14,330 nucleotides of DNA from Candidatus Methylomirabilota bacterium (GCA_046726415.1 JBKPAK010000199.1:1-14330), one strand, 5' to 3'; shown: positions 1-7,941, counted from the stretch's first letter. A program made the numbers and translations. Notes: generated by a model not told the origin, from the sequence alone.

Positions 1-2
1 CG

Positions 3-284
3 CTCTGCGGAGATCGCGTTCGCCTGTCCCTCCGCGTCGACGGCCCGGTGGTGAGGCAGGCGCGGTTCGTGGGAGATGCCTGTGCCATCTGCCTCGCGTC
101 CGCCGACGTGGTCGCCGAATTAGTGGAAGGTCGCACGGTGGTCGAGGCTTCCGCGTTGACGCGGGAGGACGTGCTGGCAGTGCTCCAAGCCGACATTCGG
201 CCGACCCGGATGCGCTGCGTGACCTTGCCCGTCGATGTCCTGGCCAGAGCGCTGGGGAGGGATGGATGCGACTCGACGAGCTGA
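3..284 (+). CDS. SufU/IscU (NifU N-terminal-like) Fe-S cluster assembly scaffold, 5'-truncated by window edge
   Basis: The frame is open from position 3: LCGDRVRLSLRVDG...FVGDACAICLASA...RMRCVTLP. It has the three conserved Cys (CGD, CAI, RC) and overlaps the sufS start. Confidence 0.85.
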   Translation, partial: LCGDRVRLSLRVDGPVVRQARFVGDACAICLASADVVAELVEGRTVVEASALTREDVLAVLQADIRPTRMRCVTLPVDVLARALGRDGCDSTS

Positions 285-1483
285 CCCGCCCGGACTTCCC
301 CATCCTGGAGCGCGTGGTGAACGGCCGGCGCATGGTATACCTCGACTCGGCCGCCTCCAGCCAGAAACCGCGCCCGGTCATCGACGCGATGGTGCGCTAC
401 TACGAGCGAAACCACGCCAACGTGCACAGGTCGATCCATACTCTCGGAGAAGAAGCCACCGAGCTGTACGAACTGGCGCGCGACCGCGTTCAGCAATTCA
501 TCGGCGCGCGGCACCGCGAGGAGGTCATCTTCACGCGGGGGACCACCGACAGCCTGAGTGTCGTGGCCGAGGCCCTCGGACACACGTTGAGGCCGGGCGA
601 CGAGATTGTCATCACTGTCATGGAGCATCACTCCAACATCATCCCTTGGCAGATGGCCGCGCGCGACCGCGGTGCTGTCGTCAAGGCCGTGCCGATCACC
701 ACCGAGGGTCACCTTGACCTCGACACGCTTCGGCGACTGCTGGGGTCGCGGACGCGGGTGGTGGCGGTGGCCCACGTCTCGAACGTGCTGGGCACGGTGA
801 ACCCCGTCCGCGAGATCGCCAGGATGGCCAAGTCGGTGAACGCCGTCTCGGTCGTCGACGGAGCTCAAGCAATTCCTCATCTGTCGACCGATATGGGTGC
901 TCTGGAGTGCGACTTCTATGCCTGGTCATCTCACAAGATGCTCGGGCCGACCGGCATCGGCGTCCTCTACGGTAGACGAGAGATCCTCGAGCGGTTGGAG
1001 CCCACCCGCGGCGGCAGCGAGATGATCAAGGAGGTCTGGATCGACCGCGCGCAGTGGAACGACCTGCCATGGCGGTTCGAGCCAGGGACGCCACCCATCG
1101 CCGAGGCAGTGGGGCTGACGGCGGCCATCGAGTACCTCGAGAAGCTCGGGATGGGGCGCGTCGCGGAGCACGAGCGGGATCTGACGCGGCGGGCTTTGCA
1201 GACCCTGACGGCGATCGAAGGTGTGCGCGTGTTCGGGCCGAGAGAGCCGGACGAGCGTGGCGCCGTGATCGCCTTCAGCGTGGAAGGCCTGCATCCACAC
1301 GATGTCGCCGCGCTCCTCGATGCCCAGGGGATCGCGGTGCGTGCTGGGCATCACTGTGCCCAGCCGCTCATGCGCGCGCTCGGCGTCGTGGGAACCTCGC
1401 GGGCGAGCTTCTCCGTCTATAACTCCCCCGAAGAGGTCGCATTCTTGGCGTCGGCAGTCGAAGGCTTGCGGTCGGCCCTCTAG
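266..1483 (+). CDS. sufS: SufS-family cysteine desulfurase (PLP-dependent)
   Basis: Motifs YLDSAASSQKP, ANVHR, MEHHSN, DGAQ, SSHKMLGPTGIG (PLP lysine), FEPGTP and RAGHHCAQP (group II catalytic Cys); 405 aa. Confidence 0.95.
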   Translation: MRLDELTRPDFPILERVVNGRRMVYLDSAASSQKPRPVIDAMVRYYERNHANVHRSIHTLGEEATELYELARDRVQQFIGARHREEVIFTRGTTDSLSVVAEALGHTLRPGDEIVITVMEHHSNIIPWQMAARDRGAVVKAVPITTEGHLDLDTLRRLLGSRTRVVAVAHVSNVLGTVNPVREIARMAKSVNAVSVVDGAQAIPHLSTDMGALECDFYAWSSHKMLGPTGIGVLYGRREILERLEPTRGGSEMIKEVWIDRAQWNDLPWRFEPGTPPIAEAVGLTAAIEYLEKLGMGRVAEHERDLTRRALQTLTAIEGVRVFGPREPDERGAVIAFSVEGLHPHDVAALLDAQGIAVRAGHHCAQPLMRALGVVGTSRASFSVYNSPEEVAFLASAVEGLRSAL

Positions 1484-1487
1484 GGGC

Positions 1488-2525
1488 ATGTCGGAGGATC
1501 GAGGGGCGCCACGGCCTCCCGGGGAGCCCCCAGTACCGGGGGGCTTGGGGAGCCTGGGCTGGGCCCCCAACCTCGCTAGTGCCGGAATGAGCGAGTGGAG
1601 TCCGCGTGACCCCTTCGTCTCGCCGCGCTTCGGGCAGATCGCCACCTTCATGCTCCTGCCCGTGGCGTCGTCGGTGGAGGGGCTCGACGTGGCCCTCTTT
1701 GGCATTCCCTACGACGGAGGTACCTCGTATCGACCCGGCGCCCGCTTCGGTCCGCGCGCGGTGCGAGAGCAGTCGTCGCTCATCCGATCCTGGCATCCCG
1801 TCCTGAAGATCCACCCCTTCGAGCGCCTGCGCGTGGGGGACTGCGGCGACGTCGACGTGACGCCCATCTCGATCGAGGACACCTATGCGGCCGTGAGCCG
1901 CCGGGTCGACGAGGTGATCGCGGCAGCGGCCACGCCCCTCGGGGTGGGCGGTGACCACTCGGTGACGCTTCCCATCCTGCGCTCGCTGGCCCGGCGCCAC
2001 GGTCCTCTGGGGGTCGTGCATTTCGACGCCCATCCCGACACCTGGGATCAGTATTTTGGTCACAAGTTCTTCCACGGAACGCCCTTCCGGCGGGCGGTGG
2101 AGGAGGGCGTGGTCGAGCCACGGCGCTTCATCCAGGTCGGCATCCGCGGCCCCCTGTACGGCCCGGAGGATTTTGCGTTCCACGCCGAGCACGGAATCGA
2201 GGTCATCCGCATCGAGGCGGTCAAAGAGCGCGGCGTGTCGTGGGTCGCTGGCCAGTTGGCGCGACTGCGGGGCGGCCCCGTCTACTGCTCCTTCGATATC
2301 GATGCCGTGGATCCCGCGTACGCGCCGGGCACGGGCACGCCTGAAGTCGGCGGTCTCACCTCCTACGAGGCCCTCGGCCTCGTGCGCGCGTTGGCGGGTC
2401 TGACCCTGGTGGGTGCCGACATCGTCGAGGTGTCGCCGCTCTTCGACGGTCCCGGTCAGATCACCGCCCTGCTCGCGGCGAATCTCATGTTCGAGTTGGT
2501 CTGTCAGTTCGCGCTGGCTCGATGA
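1488..2525 (+). CDS. speB: Agmatinase / ureohydrolase family protein (start at ATG 1488 or ATG 1587)
   Basis: Motifs GIPYD..TSYRPGARFGPRAVR, GGDHS, HFDAHPD, HGTPF, SFDIDAVDPAYAPGTGTPEVGG and DIVEVSP. The ORF-track start at 1302 lies inside sufS and is unlikely. Substrate within the ureohydrolase family is not established. Confidence 0.88.
   Translation: MSEDRGAPRPPGEPPVPGGLGSLGWAPNLASAGMSEWSPRDPFVSPRFGQIATFMLLPVASSVEGLDVALFGIPYDGGTSYRPGARFGPRAVREQSSLIRSWHPVLKIHPFERLRVGDCGDVDVTPISIEDTYAAVSRRVDEVIAAAATPLGVGGDHSVTLPILRSLARRHGPLGVVHFDAHPDTWDQYFGHKFFHGTPFRRAVEEGVVEPRRFIQVGIRGPLYGPEDFAFHAEHGIEVIRIEAVKERGVSWVAGQLARLRGGPVYCSFDIDAVDPAYAPGTGTPEVGGLTSYEALGLVRALAGLTLVGADIVEVSPLFDGPGQITALLAANLMFELVCQFALAR
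1497..1579. repeat. Structured palindromic element (REP/MITE-like) between sufS and the ureohydrolase domain
   Basis: Two hairpins (1503-1530 and 1545-1570), bounded by GATC (1497-1500) and CTAG (1576-1579). Confidence 0.5.
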
Positions 2526-3850
2526 CGCCGGCACGCCGGCGCGGCGGGAGGCTGGTGGCCCTCCTCCTGATGGCGCTGGGCGGGACCGTTGGAGTGGCGG
2601 CCAGGCCCAGCGAGCGCGGGGCGCGCGTCGATCTCCTCACCATCGACGGCGTCATCAGCCCCGTGACGGTCAGGCTCGTGGAGTCGGCTCTGGACCGAGC
2701 GCGCACCGAGGGTGCGCGGGCCCTCGTCATTCAGCTCGATACCCCGGGCGGGCTCGAGCGGTCGATGCGAACCATCGCGCAACGCATTCTCAACGCTGAG
2801 GTGCCCGTCGTCGTGTACGTGGCACCCACGGGTGCGCGGGCCGCCTCGGCCGGGGTCTTCATCACCTTAGCCGGACACGTCGCCGCGATGGCGCCCGCCA
2901 CCAACATCGGGGCGGCCCATCCGGTGGCGGTGGGGGGCGGCGGGGACAAGGAGAGCCTGAAGAAGATCGAGAACGACGCGGCCGCCTTCATTCGAACCCT
3001 CGCGGTTGAGCGCGGGCGGAACGCGGAGTGGGCGGAGAAGGCGGTCCGGCAGTCCGTCTCCATCACCGAGCGCGAGGCTCTGCGGCTCCGGGTGATCGAC
3101 CTCGTGGCGGATTCCGTGCCCGACCTGCTGGAGAAGATCGACGGGCGGACGGTCAAGATGACGCGGGGACCAGTGAAGCTGGCCACGCGGGCGGCGGTGG
3201 TGGCGCCCTTCGAGATCGGCCTGCGCGATCGCTTCCTCAACGTCATCACCGACCCGAACGTCGCCTACATCCTCATGATGCTCGGCGTGCTCGGTCTCTT
3301 CTTCGAGCTGTCCAATCCTGGTGTGATCGTGCCCGGAGTCATCGGGGGCATCTCGCTCATCCTAGCTTTCTACGCCTTCCAGAGTCTGCCCATCAACTTC
3401 GCCGGCCTGCTCCTGATCCTCCTGGGCATCGTCCTCCTCATCGCGGAGATCAAGGTCGTCAGCCACGGGGTCCTCGCGATTGGCGGAGTCATCGCCATGG
3501 CGCTCGGATCCCTGATGCTCTTCGAGGCGCCCGCGGTGAGCTTCCGGATCTCTTGGTGGCTGCTGGCGGCCTCGGTGGGCCTGGTGGCCGCGGGCTTCCT
3601 CGTCACCATGGCCGCCGGGGCCCGGGCGCTGCGGCGGCCACCCATGCTCGGCGCTCGCGGAATGATTGGCACGACGGGTGTCGCGCGTGGCGCCCTGGCT
3701 CCCGAGGGTCACGTACACGTCGCGGGCGAGCTGTGGCGGGCCGTGGCCGAGGGCGGACCGATTGACGACGGGAGGCCCGTTCGGGTGGTCGGTGTCGAGG
3801 GGCTCACCCTCAAGGTGGTCAAGGTCGAGGACGGCGGAGGGAGCTCATGA
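2522..3850 (+). CDS. nfeD: NfeD-family membrane-bound ClpP-class serine protease
   Basis: Signal peptide, [24 protein letters not shown], multi-TM region and C-terminal OB-fold (GELWRA); ATGA overlap with the downstream SPFH gene. Confidence 0.93.
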   Translation: MTPARRRGGRLVALLLMALGGTVGVAARPSERGARVDLLTIDGVISPVTVRLVESALDRARTEGARALVIQLDTPGGLERSMRTIAQRILNAEVPVVVYVAPTGARAASAGVFITLAGHVAAMAPATNIGAAHPVAVGGGGDKESLKKIENDAAAFIRTLAVERGRNAEWAEKAVRQSVSITEREALRLRVIDLVADSVPDLLEKIDGRTVKMTRGPVKLATRAAVVAPFEIGLRDRFLNVITDPNVAYILMMLGVLGLFFELSNPGVIVPGVIGGISLILAFYAFQSLPINFAGLLLILLGIVLLIAEIKVVSHGVLAIGGVIAMALGSLMLFEAPAVSFRISWWLLAASVGLVAAGFLVTMAAGARALRRPPMLGARGMIGTTGVARGALAPEGHVHVAGELWRAVAEGGPIDDGRPVRVVGVEGLTLKVVKVEDGGGSS

Positions 3851-4683
3851 TCAATCTCGAGTCGCTGTTGTGGGTGGTCGGGATCGGCGTCTTGCTGTTC
3901 TTCATCTCCTCCCTGGCCCGAGTGCTCCGCGAGTACGAGCGCGCGGTCATCTTCCGCCTCGGGCGCAGCGCGCGCGCGATCTTCAATCTCGGCGGGCAGG
4001 GGAACGGGCCGGGCGTCATCTTCTTGCTTCCCCTCATCGACCGCATGGTCAAGGTGAGCCTGCAGACGGTGGCCCTCGACGTGCCGCCGCAGGATGTCAT
4101 CACCCGCGACAACGTGTCGCTCAAGGTCAGCGCGGTGATCTACTTCCGAGTGGTCGATCCGGAGCGCGCGGTGATCGCCGTGCAGGACTATCTCTACGCT
4201 ACCTCGCAGATGTCGCAAACCACGCTCAGAAGCGTGCTCGGTCAGGTCGAGCTGGATGATCTGCTGTCCGCGCGCGACAAGATCAACCAGCAGCTTCAGC
4301 GGATCATCGACGAGCACACCGAACCATGGGGCATCAAGGTCGCCACGGTGGAGGTGAAGCAGATCGACTTGCCTCAGGATATGCAGCGGGCCATGGCCAA
4401 GCAGGCGGAAGCCGAGCGGGAGCGCCGCGCCAAGGTCATCAACGCCGACGGCGAGTTCCAGGCCGCGGCCAAGCTCGCGGAGGCCGCGGAGGTCCTGACC
4501 CGATACCCCGTCTCCATCCAGCTCCGCTTTCTCCAGACGATGCGGGAGATCGCCTCGGAGCGAAGTACGACGACATTCGTCCCGATCCCGGTGGAGCTGT
4601 TCGGGCCACTGCTGAACGCGATGAACGCGGGGAAGGCGCCGGCAAGCTCCCCCGGGCCGACCAGCGCAGCTGGGTCATCGTGA
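3847..4683 (+). CDS. SPFH/band 7 (slipin, stomatin-like) protein
   Basis: Motifs [35 protein letters not shown] and [16 protein letters not shown]; canonical partner of nfeD. Confidence 0.93.
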   Translation: MINLESLLWVVGIGVLLFFISSLARVLREYERAVIFRLGRSARAIFNLGGQGNGPGVIFLLPLIDRMVKVSLQTVALDVPPQDVITRDNVSLKVSAVIYFRVVDPERAVIAVQDYLYATSQMSQTTLRSVLGQVELDDLLSARDKINQQLQRIIDEHTEPWGIKVATVEVKQIDLPQDMQRAMAKQAEAERERRAKVINADGEFQAAAKLAEAAEVLTRYPVSIQLRFLQTMREIASERSTTTFVPIPVELFGPLLNAMNAGKAPASSPGPTSAAGSS

Positions 4684-4700
4684 GATCGCTGCGGACAGCG

Positions 4701-4729
4701 TTGTCACGCGGGAGGTGCTTGGGTAGACT
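4701..4729 (+). promoter_or_regulatory. Sigma70-type promoter of tRNA-Ala
   Basis: TTGTCA (4701-4706), 17 bp spacer, TAGACT (4724-4729), about 20 nt upstream of the tRNA. Confidence 0.6.
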
Positions 4730-4748
4730 ACGGAGGCTTCGCCCACAC

Positions 4749-4824
4749 GGGGGGTTAGCTCAGTTGGGAGAGCGCGGCGTTCGCAACGCCGAGGTCGAGG
4801 GTTCGAATCCCTTACCCTCCACCA
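4749..4824 (+). tRNA. tRNA-Ala (anticodon CGC)
   Basis: 76-nt cloverleaf: acceptor GGGGGGT/ACCCTCC with the G3:U70 Ala determinant, anticodon arm CGGCG-TTCGCAA-CGCCG, TTCGAAT T-loop and encoded CCA. Confidence 0.97.
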
Positions 4825-4865
4825 TCGAATCCTCGCGCGGAAAATCGCGTCGTTGCCCCTCAGTT

Positions 4866-4904
4866 GCGCCCCCGGCGTCCAGGAGCGTGGACGCCGGGGG
4901 ACGC
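4866..4904. terminator. Strong GC-rich hairpin downstream of the tRNA, terminator-like
   Basis: Perfect 13-bp inverted repeat CCCCCGGCGTCCA (4869-4881) / TGGACGCCGGGGG (4888-4900) with a 6-nt loop; no U-tract. Confidence 0.45.
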
Positions 4905-4912
4905 GCCTGAAC

Positions 4913-4990
4913 GCCTCCCAGCACCGCATCGAGGTCCACGCGGCGCTCGTGCCGCTCCCGCTCGAGGTGACCGTAGGTCCCCTCGGTCTC
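4913..4990 (-). pseudogene. Possible C-terminal remnant of a tyrosine integrase
   Basis: The minus frame reads ETEGTYGHLERERHERRVDLDAVLGG, resembling the T-x-x-x-Y-x-H-L tail around the catalytic Tyr. It lies about 90 bp from the tRNA 3' end. Confidence 0.4.
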
Positions 4991-5135
4991 GTCTTGCCGT
5001 GCTAGCGAGTGCAAGGACCCGACCGCGCCAACACTGAGCCACAAATTCGTCGACGGCACGGGGGTTTGCGCGCCGAACGATAGCGGCCCTGAAGCCACGC
5101 GGGTTTACGAGGCATTCGAGGCGTCTCAGCCCTGA

Positions 5136-5165
5136 AAACGACTCGAAACGACTCGAATCGACCCG
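5136..5165 (+). repeat. Three tandem 10-bp repeats
   Basis: AAACGACTCG, AAACGACTCG, AATCGACCCG. Confidence 0.7.
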
Positions 5166-5307
5166 CGCCCGTGGGCCGATTCCACCGGCCCACCTCGCGG
5201 CCCGATCGCGCTCACATCTCGCGGAGTTGGCGTTGCTGCTCGCTGTCGAAGTGTCGTGGTATCACTTCTGCCTTGTGACCATCGGCGCTGTTCTCGGTGG
5301 AGCTCAC

Positions 5308-5543
5308 GGCATCACCCCGGTGGTGGTCCGCCGCGATCTCGACGCCCGCCTCAAAGCGCGAGTCCGGGCGGTCTTCCTGGAGATGGGAGACAATCCCGGG
5401 GCATCGAGATTCTCAGACAACTCATGATCAAGCGCTTCGTCACCGTGCCCGACACGCTGTTCGACAGCATCCGCGGCATGCTGCGCGTCGTCGACGGCCA
5501 GGCGCCCTCGCTGATCGCCGCGCCGAGGGCGCCGGCGCGCTAG
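5308..5543 (+). pseudogene. C-terminal fragment of a PhnD-type periplasmic oxyanion-binding protein (AioX/ArxX/ArrT-like), frameshifted
   Basis: GITPVVVRRDLDARLKARVRAVFLEMGDNP joins GIEILRQLMIKRFVTVPDTLFDSIRGM across a 1-nt deletion near 5398; directly upstream of a sensor kinase fragment. Confidence 0.6.
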
Positions 5544-5545
5544 CC

Positions 5546-6158
5546 GTGGGTGCCGTTCGCCCCTTCCGGGAATGGCGGCTCGGCGCCAAGCTGGCTGCGA
5601 CATTCCTCGTCGTCGTCACCGCCGTCGCCGCGCTGGTGAGCTTCTCAGTGATTACCCATGGTCGGCTCGCCCTTGACGAGGAGCTGCGCAAGCGCGGGGT
5701 GAACCTGGTGGAAAAGCGTGACCCGGCTCAGCGTCGACCTCGTCTTGCAGGACGACCTGTGGGGCCCCTACAAGGTCGTGCGCGACATCGCGAACGGGTC
5801 GGGCGACGCCGAGAACGTCGTGGTCTATGCCACGGTTCTGGATCCGCAGGGCCGCGTTCTGGCGCATTCCGATCCCGCGCGACATCCCATGGGTGAGCGC
5901 CTGGATCTCACCGATCAGCCGTCGATTCCGACAAGGGCCGTCGTCCTGTCCGCGCTTCGCGGACGGGAGGGCGAGCATCTCTACGACGTCGCGGCCCCGA
6001 TCGTGCTCGACAACCGCCACATCGGCGTGGCGCGGGTGGGGATCACGACATGCCATCTCGAAGCGACCGTGGCGAGGATGACGCGGAACTTGCTGCTGAT
6101 CAGCTCGCTGCTCGGCGCCTTCGGGGTTGGCCTGGGTCTGGTCATCTCGCGCCGGATG
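5546..6158 (+). pseudogene. N-terminal half of a sensor histidine kinase (TM-Cache-TM; AioS/ArxS-like), frameshifted and truncated
   Basis: TM1 KLAATFLVVVTAVAALVSFSVI, an extra A at about 5712-5715, periplasmic QDDLWGPYKVV...VLDPQGRVLAHSDP...YDVAAPI...IGVARVG, then TM2. It breaks at ISRRM, before the HAMP and kinase domains. Confidence 0.7.
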
Positions 6159-6226
6159 GTCTCGACGTTGGACCCGGTGCGCTTCGACAGGGCCCCGATG
6201 GCGAGGCGAGCTGAGGCGGTGTCCAT
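6152..6226 (-). pseudogene. N-terminal 25-codon stub of a MerR-family regulator
   Basis: MDTASARLAIGALSKRTGSNVETIR matches the start of the MerR HTH (xIGxLSxxTGxxVETIRYYE). It has a GGAGGG RBS and is divergent from a MerR-type promoter. Confidence 0.8.
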
Positions 6227-6254
6227 GCCACCCTCCCGGGCGCTGAGAATTCGC

Positions 6255-6285
6255 TTGAGTCTGTAGTTACTACAGGCTTTAGCGT
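6255..6285 (+). promoter_or_regulatory. MerR-family (MerR/CadR/PbrR-type) promoter-operator
   Basis: TTGAGT (6255-6260), 19 bp spacer, TAGCGT (6280-6285), with a perfect dyad CTGTAGT-T-ACTACAG (6261-6275) in the spacer. Confidence 0.85.
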
Positions 6286-6326
6286 CATGCCACATGAAGT
6301 CATCGCTATCGTGGAGGTGAGGTCCG

Positions 6327-6991
6327 GTGGAACTCGAGATCAAGACCGCCGAAGAATTGGTTGACCCTGACCTGGAGGCCCGATGGGTCGCTCGTCGAGA
6401 GGCTCGCCTGACGGACGTCCTCCAGGCCATCTTGCGAGCGTTTCGCGATCGGGGCGGTCCGGTGCCCGTGGAAGAGATTTCCGTCGCCCTCCCGGAGCGC
6501 ACGCCTGGAATCGTCCGGGAGACGCTGGTTGCGCTGGACAAGGAGGACCTGATCCAGCTCGCTGAAGGCCGCGTGGAGATCGCGTATCCGTTCTCCGCGG
6601 CCCCGACGCCGTTCATCGCGCGATTCACTGACGGGGCAGAGCGATATGCGTGCTGCGCGATTGACGCGCTCGGAATCGCCCGATGCTGGCTGAGCCGATC
6701 CACATCCTCTCGCAGTGCCACCACTGCCAGGCGCACCTGGCGCTGGAGGTGAGGCCTCACGGGGTGGGCCCAGGATCGGAGGAGATCATGGTGTGGGTAG
6801 GGAACCGCGCTGAGGGCCCGTGCCGGCTCGCCACCTCGTTCTGCACGACGCTGAACTTCTTCCGGTCGGGAGAGCATCTGCGGGGGTGGCGAGCAGTGAA
6901 TCCGGATGTGCCGGGAGCCGGCGCGACGGTGGCCGAGGCATTCAAGCTGGGACGACGGATCTTCGGAGGGCTCCTCCAGGGAGGGTACTGA
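6327..6991 (+). pseudogene. merB: Alkylmercury lyase (MerB)-family protein, about 221 aa, split by a 1-nt deletion near 6680
   Basis: RBS GGAGGTGA; N-terminal HTH region, [20 protein letters not shown] (CxxD), SQCHHC and [12 protein letters not shown]. Adding one C at 6678-6681 joins ORFs 6327..6752 and 6683..6991. Confidence 0.75.
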
Positions 6992-7230
6992 TGACCGGCC
7001 GACAGGTGACGGTGTATTGGTCGTCGACCTGACAGTCGTGTCACGCGGCGAAAGAGTTCCTTTCGTCTCATGGGGTGGCATTCAGCGCGAAGAACGTGGC
7101 CGAGGACGCCGGGGCGCGTGAGGAGCTGATCTCGAAGACGGGGCGGATGGCTGTTCCGGTCATCACCGTCGACGAGCAGGTGATCGTGGGGTTCGACGGA
7201 GGTCACCTGCAGCGGCTCCTGGGCATCTGA
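6991..7230 (+). CDS. Glutaredoxin/NrdH-like protein, predicted selenoprotein (UxxC; TGA at 7030-7032)
   Basis: MTGRQVTVYWSST-U-QSCHAAKEFLSSHGVAFSAKNVAEDAGAREELISKTGRMAVPVITVDEQVIVGFDGGHLQRLLGI (79 aa). The Grx fold continues in frame after the TGA. TGATG coupling to the merB-like stop; hairpin at 7047-7067. Confidence 0.85.
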
Positions 7231-7232
7231 CG

Positions 7233-7886
7233 ATGACGAAGGTTCGCTGTCCAGATTGCAGCGAGATGGTCGAGCTTCCTCAGAGTGTCCGGTCGGGCGA
7301 CCTGGTGGAATGCCCGAACTGCGCAGGCCACGTTCTCAGGGTCAGGGAAGTGAGGGACGCATGGGGCGCGACGCTTGCCCATCGCGTGAGCTGCCCGGAC
7401 TGCGAGGGGTTGCTGACCCTGCCCGAAGGGACCAAGGCGGGTGACCTGATCGAGTGCTGTGGCTGGCGCTACCGGCTCACCTTCGAGTACGGGGCGTTCG
7501 CCGCGGAGCCGTTGGAGGAGGCACCATGTGGCGTGATCGCTGGTTCGCTCTCGGCGCGGGTGCCGCCGCGTGGGCGGGGGCCCTGCTCTCATCGCTCTGC
7601 TGCCTGTTGCCGCTGGCCGTCATCGTCCTCGGACTCGGCAGCGGCGCCTTCATGGCCGTCACCATGCAGTACCGGTGGATCTGATCCCGTCGGGCGTGCT
7701 GGGTGTCGGCGCTGGCTTCTGGCTCTACGCACGCGAGCGCCGGCGATGCGACCGGCTCGGATGCCGCATGGCCGGAAGCCGGCTCACGCTCGCGCTCCTC
7801 GTCCTGGCCGGCCTCGTGGTGGCAACCTCGATCATCCTCGATCGTTTCCCCGAGATGACGTCCGATCTCGTGAGCCGTCTCATTGA
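7233..7886 (+). CDS. Tandem zinc-ribbon (LysW-like fold) Cys-rich protein; only the first ~97 codons look genuine
   Basis: Two repeats, VRCPDC...GDLVECPNC and VSCPDC...GDLIECC. The remainder overlaps merT, and the frame would stop at 7684 if the merT frameshift is corrected. Confidence 0.6.
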   Translation: MTKVRCPDCSEMVELPQSVRSGDLVECPNCAGHVLRVREVRDAWGATLAHRVSCPDCEGLLTLPEGTKAGDLIECCGWRYRLTFEYGAFAAEPLEEAPCGVIAGSLSARVPPRGRGPCSHRSAACCRWPSSSSDSAAAPSWPSPCSTGGSDPVGRAGCRRWLLALRTRAPAMRPARMPHGRKPAHARAPRPGRPRGGNLDHPRSFPRDDVRSREPSH

Positions 7887-7941
7887 CACCTCGGCGCCCT
7901 CCGGACACGAGATGCATCGGCCACAGAAGGGTTCGCTATGA
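7526..7941 (+). pseudogene. merT: MerT-family mercuric ion transporter, about 138 aa, 1-nt deletion at about 7681
   Basis: RBS GGAGGAGG; SSLCCLLPL (vicinal Cys in TM1), YRWI(L)IP, cytoplasmic CDRLGC and three TM helices. Adding one C restores the frame. Confidence 0.75.

Noticed and set aside
266-1483. SufS as a dedicated selenium supplier to the Sec operon
   Set aside because: SufS enzymes can act on selenocysteine, but this gene is in the core region with its scaffold partner, across the tRNA boundary; proximity is probably coincidental.
1368-2534. 388-aa - strand ORF and similar long antisense ORFs over nfeD and SPFH
   Set aside because: Typical high-GC shadow frames opposite well-supported genes.
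4749-4824. tRNA as tRNA-Sec or a UGA suppressor
   Set aside because: 76 nt, short variable arm, CGC anticodon and G3:U70 make it an ordinary tRNA-Ala.
5136-5165. CRISPR array
   Set aside because: Repeats are 10 bp, adjacent and without spacers; no array or cas gene was seen in the window.
5981-7081. 366-aa - strand ORF
   Set aside because: Antisense to the merB-like and kinase genes; only the 25-codon MerR stub is meaningful.
7682-7684. TGA in merT as another selenocysteine
   Set aside because: Not at a Cys position, and MerT similarity continues in a different frame, so it results from a frameshift.
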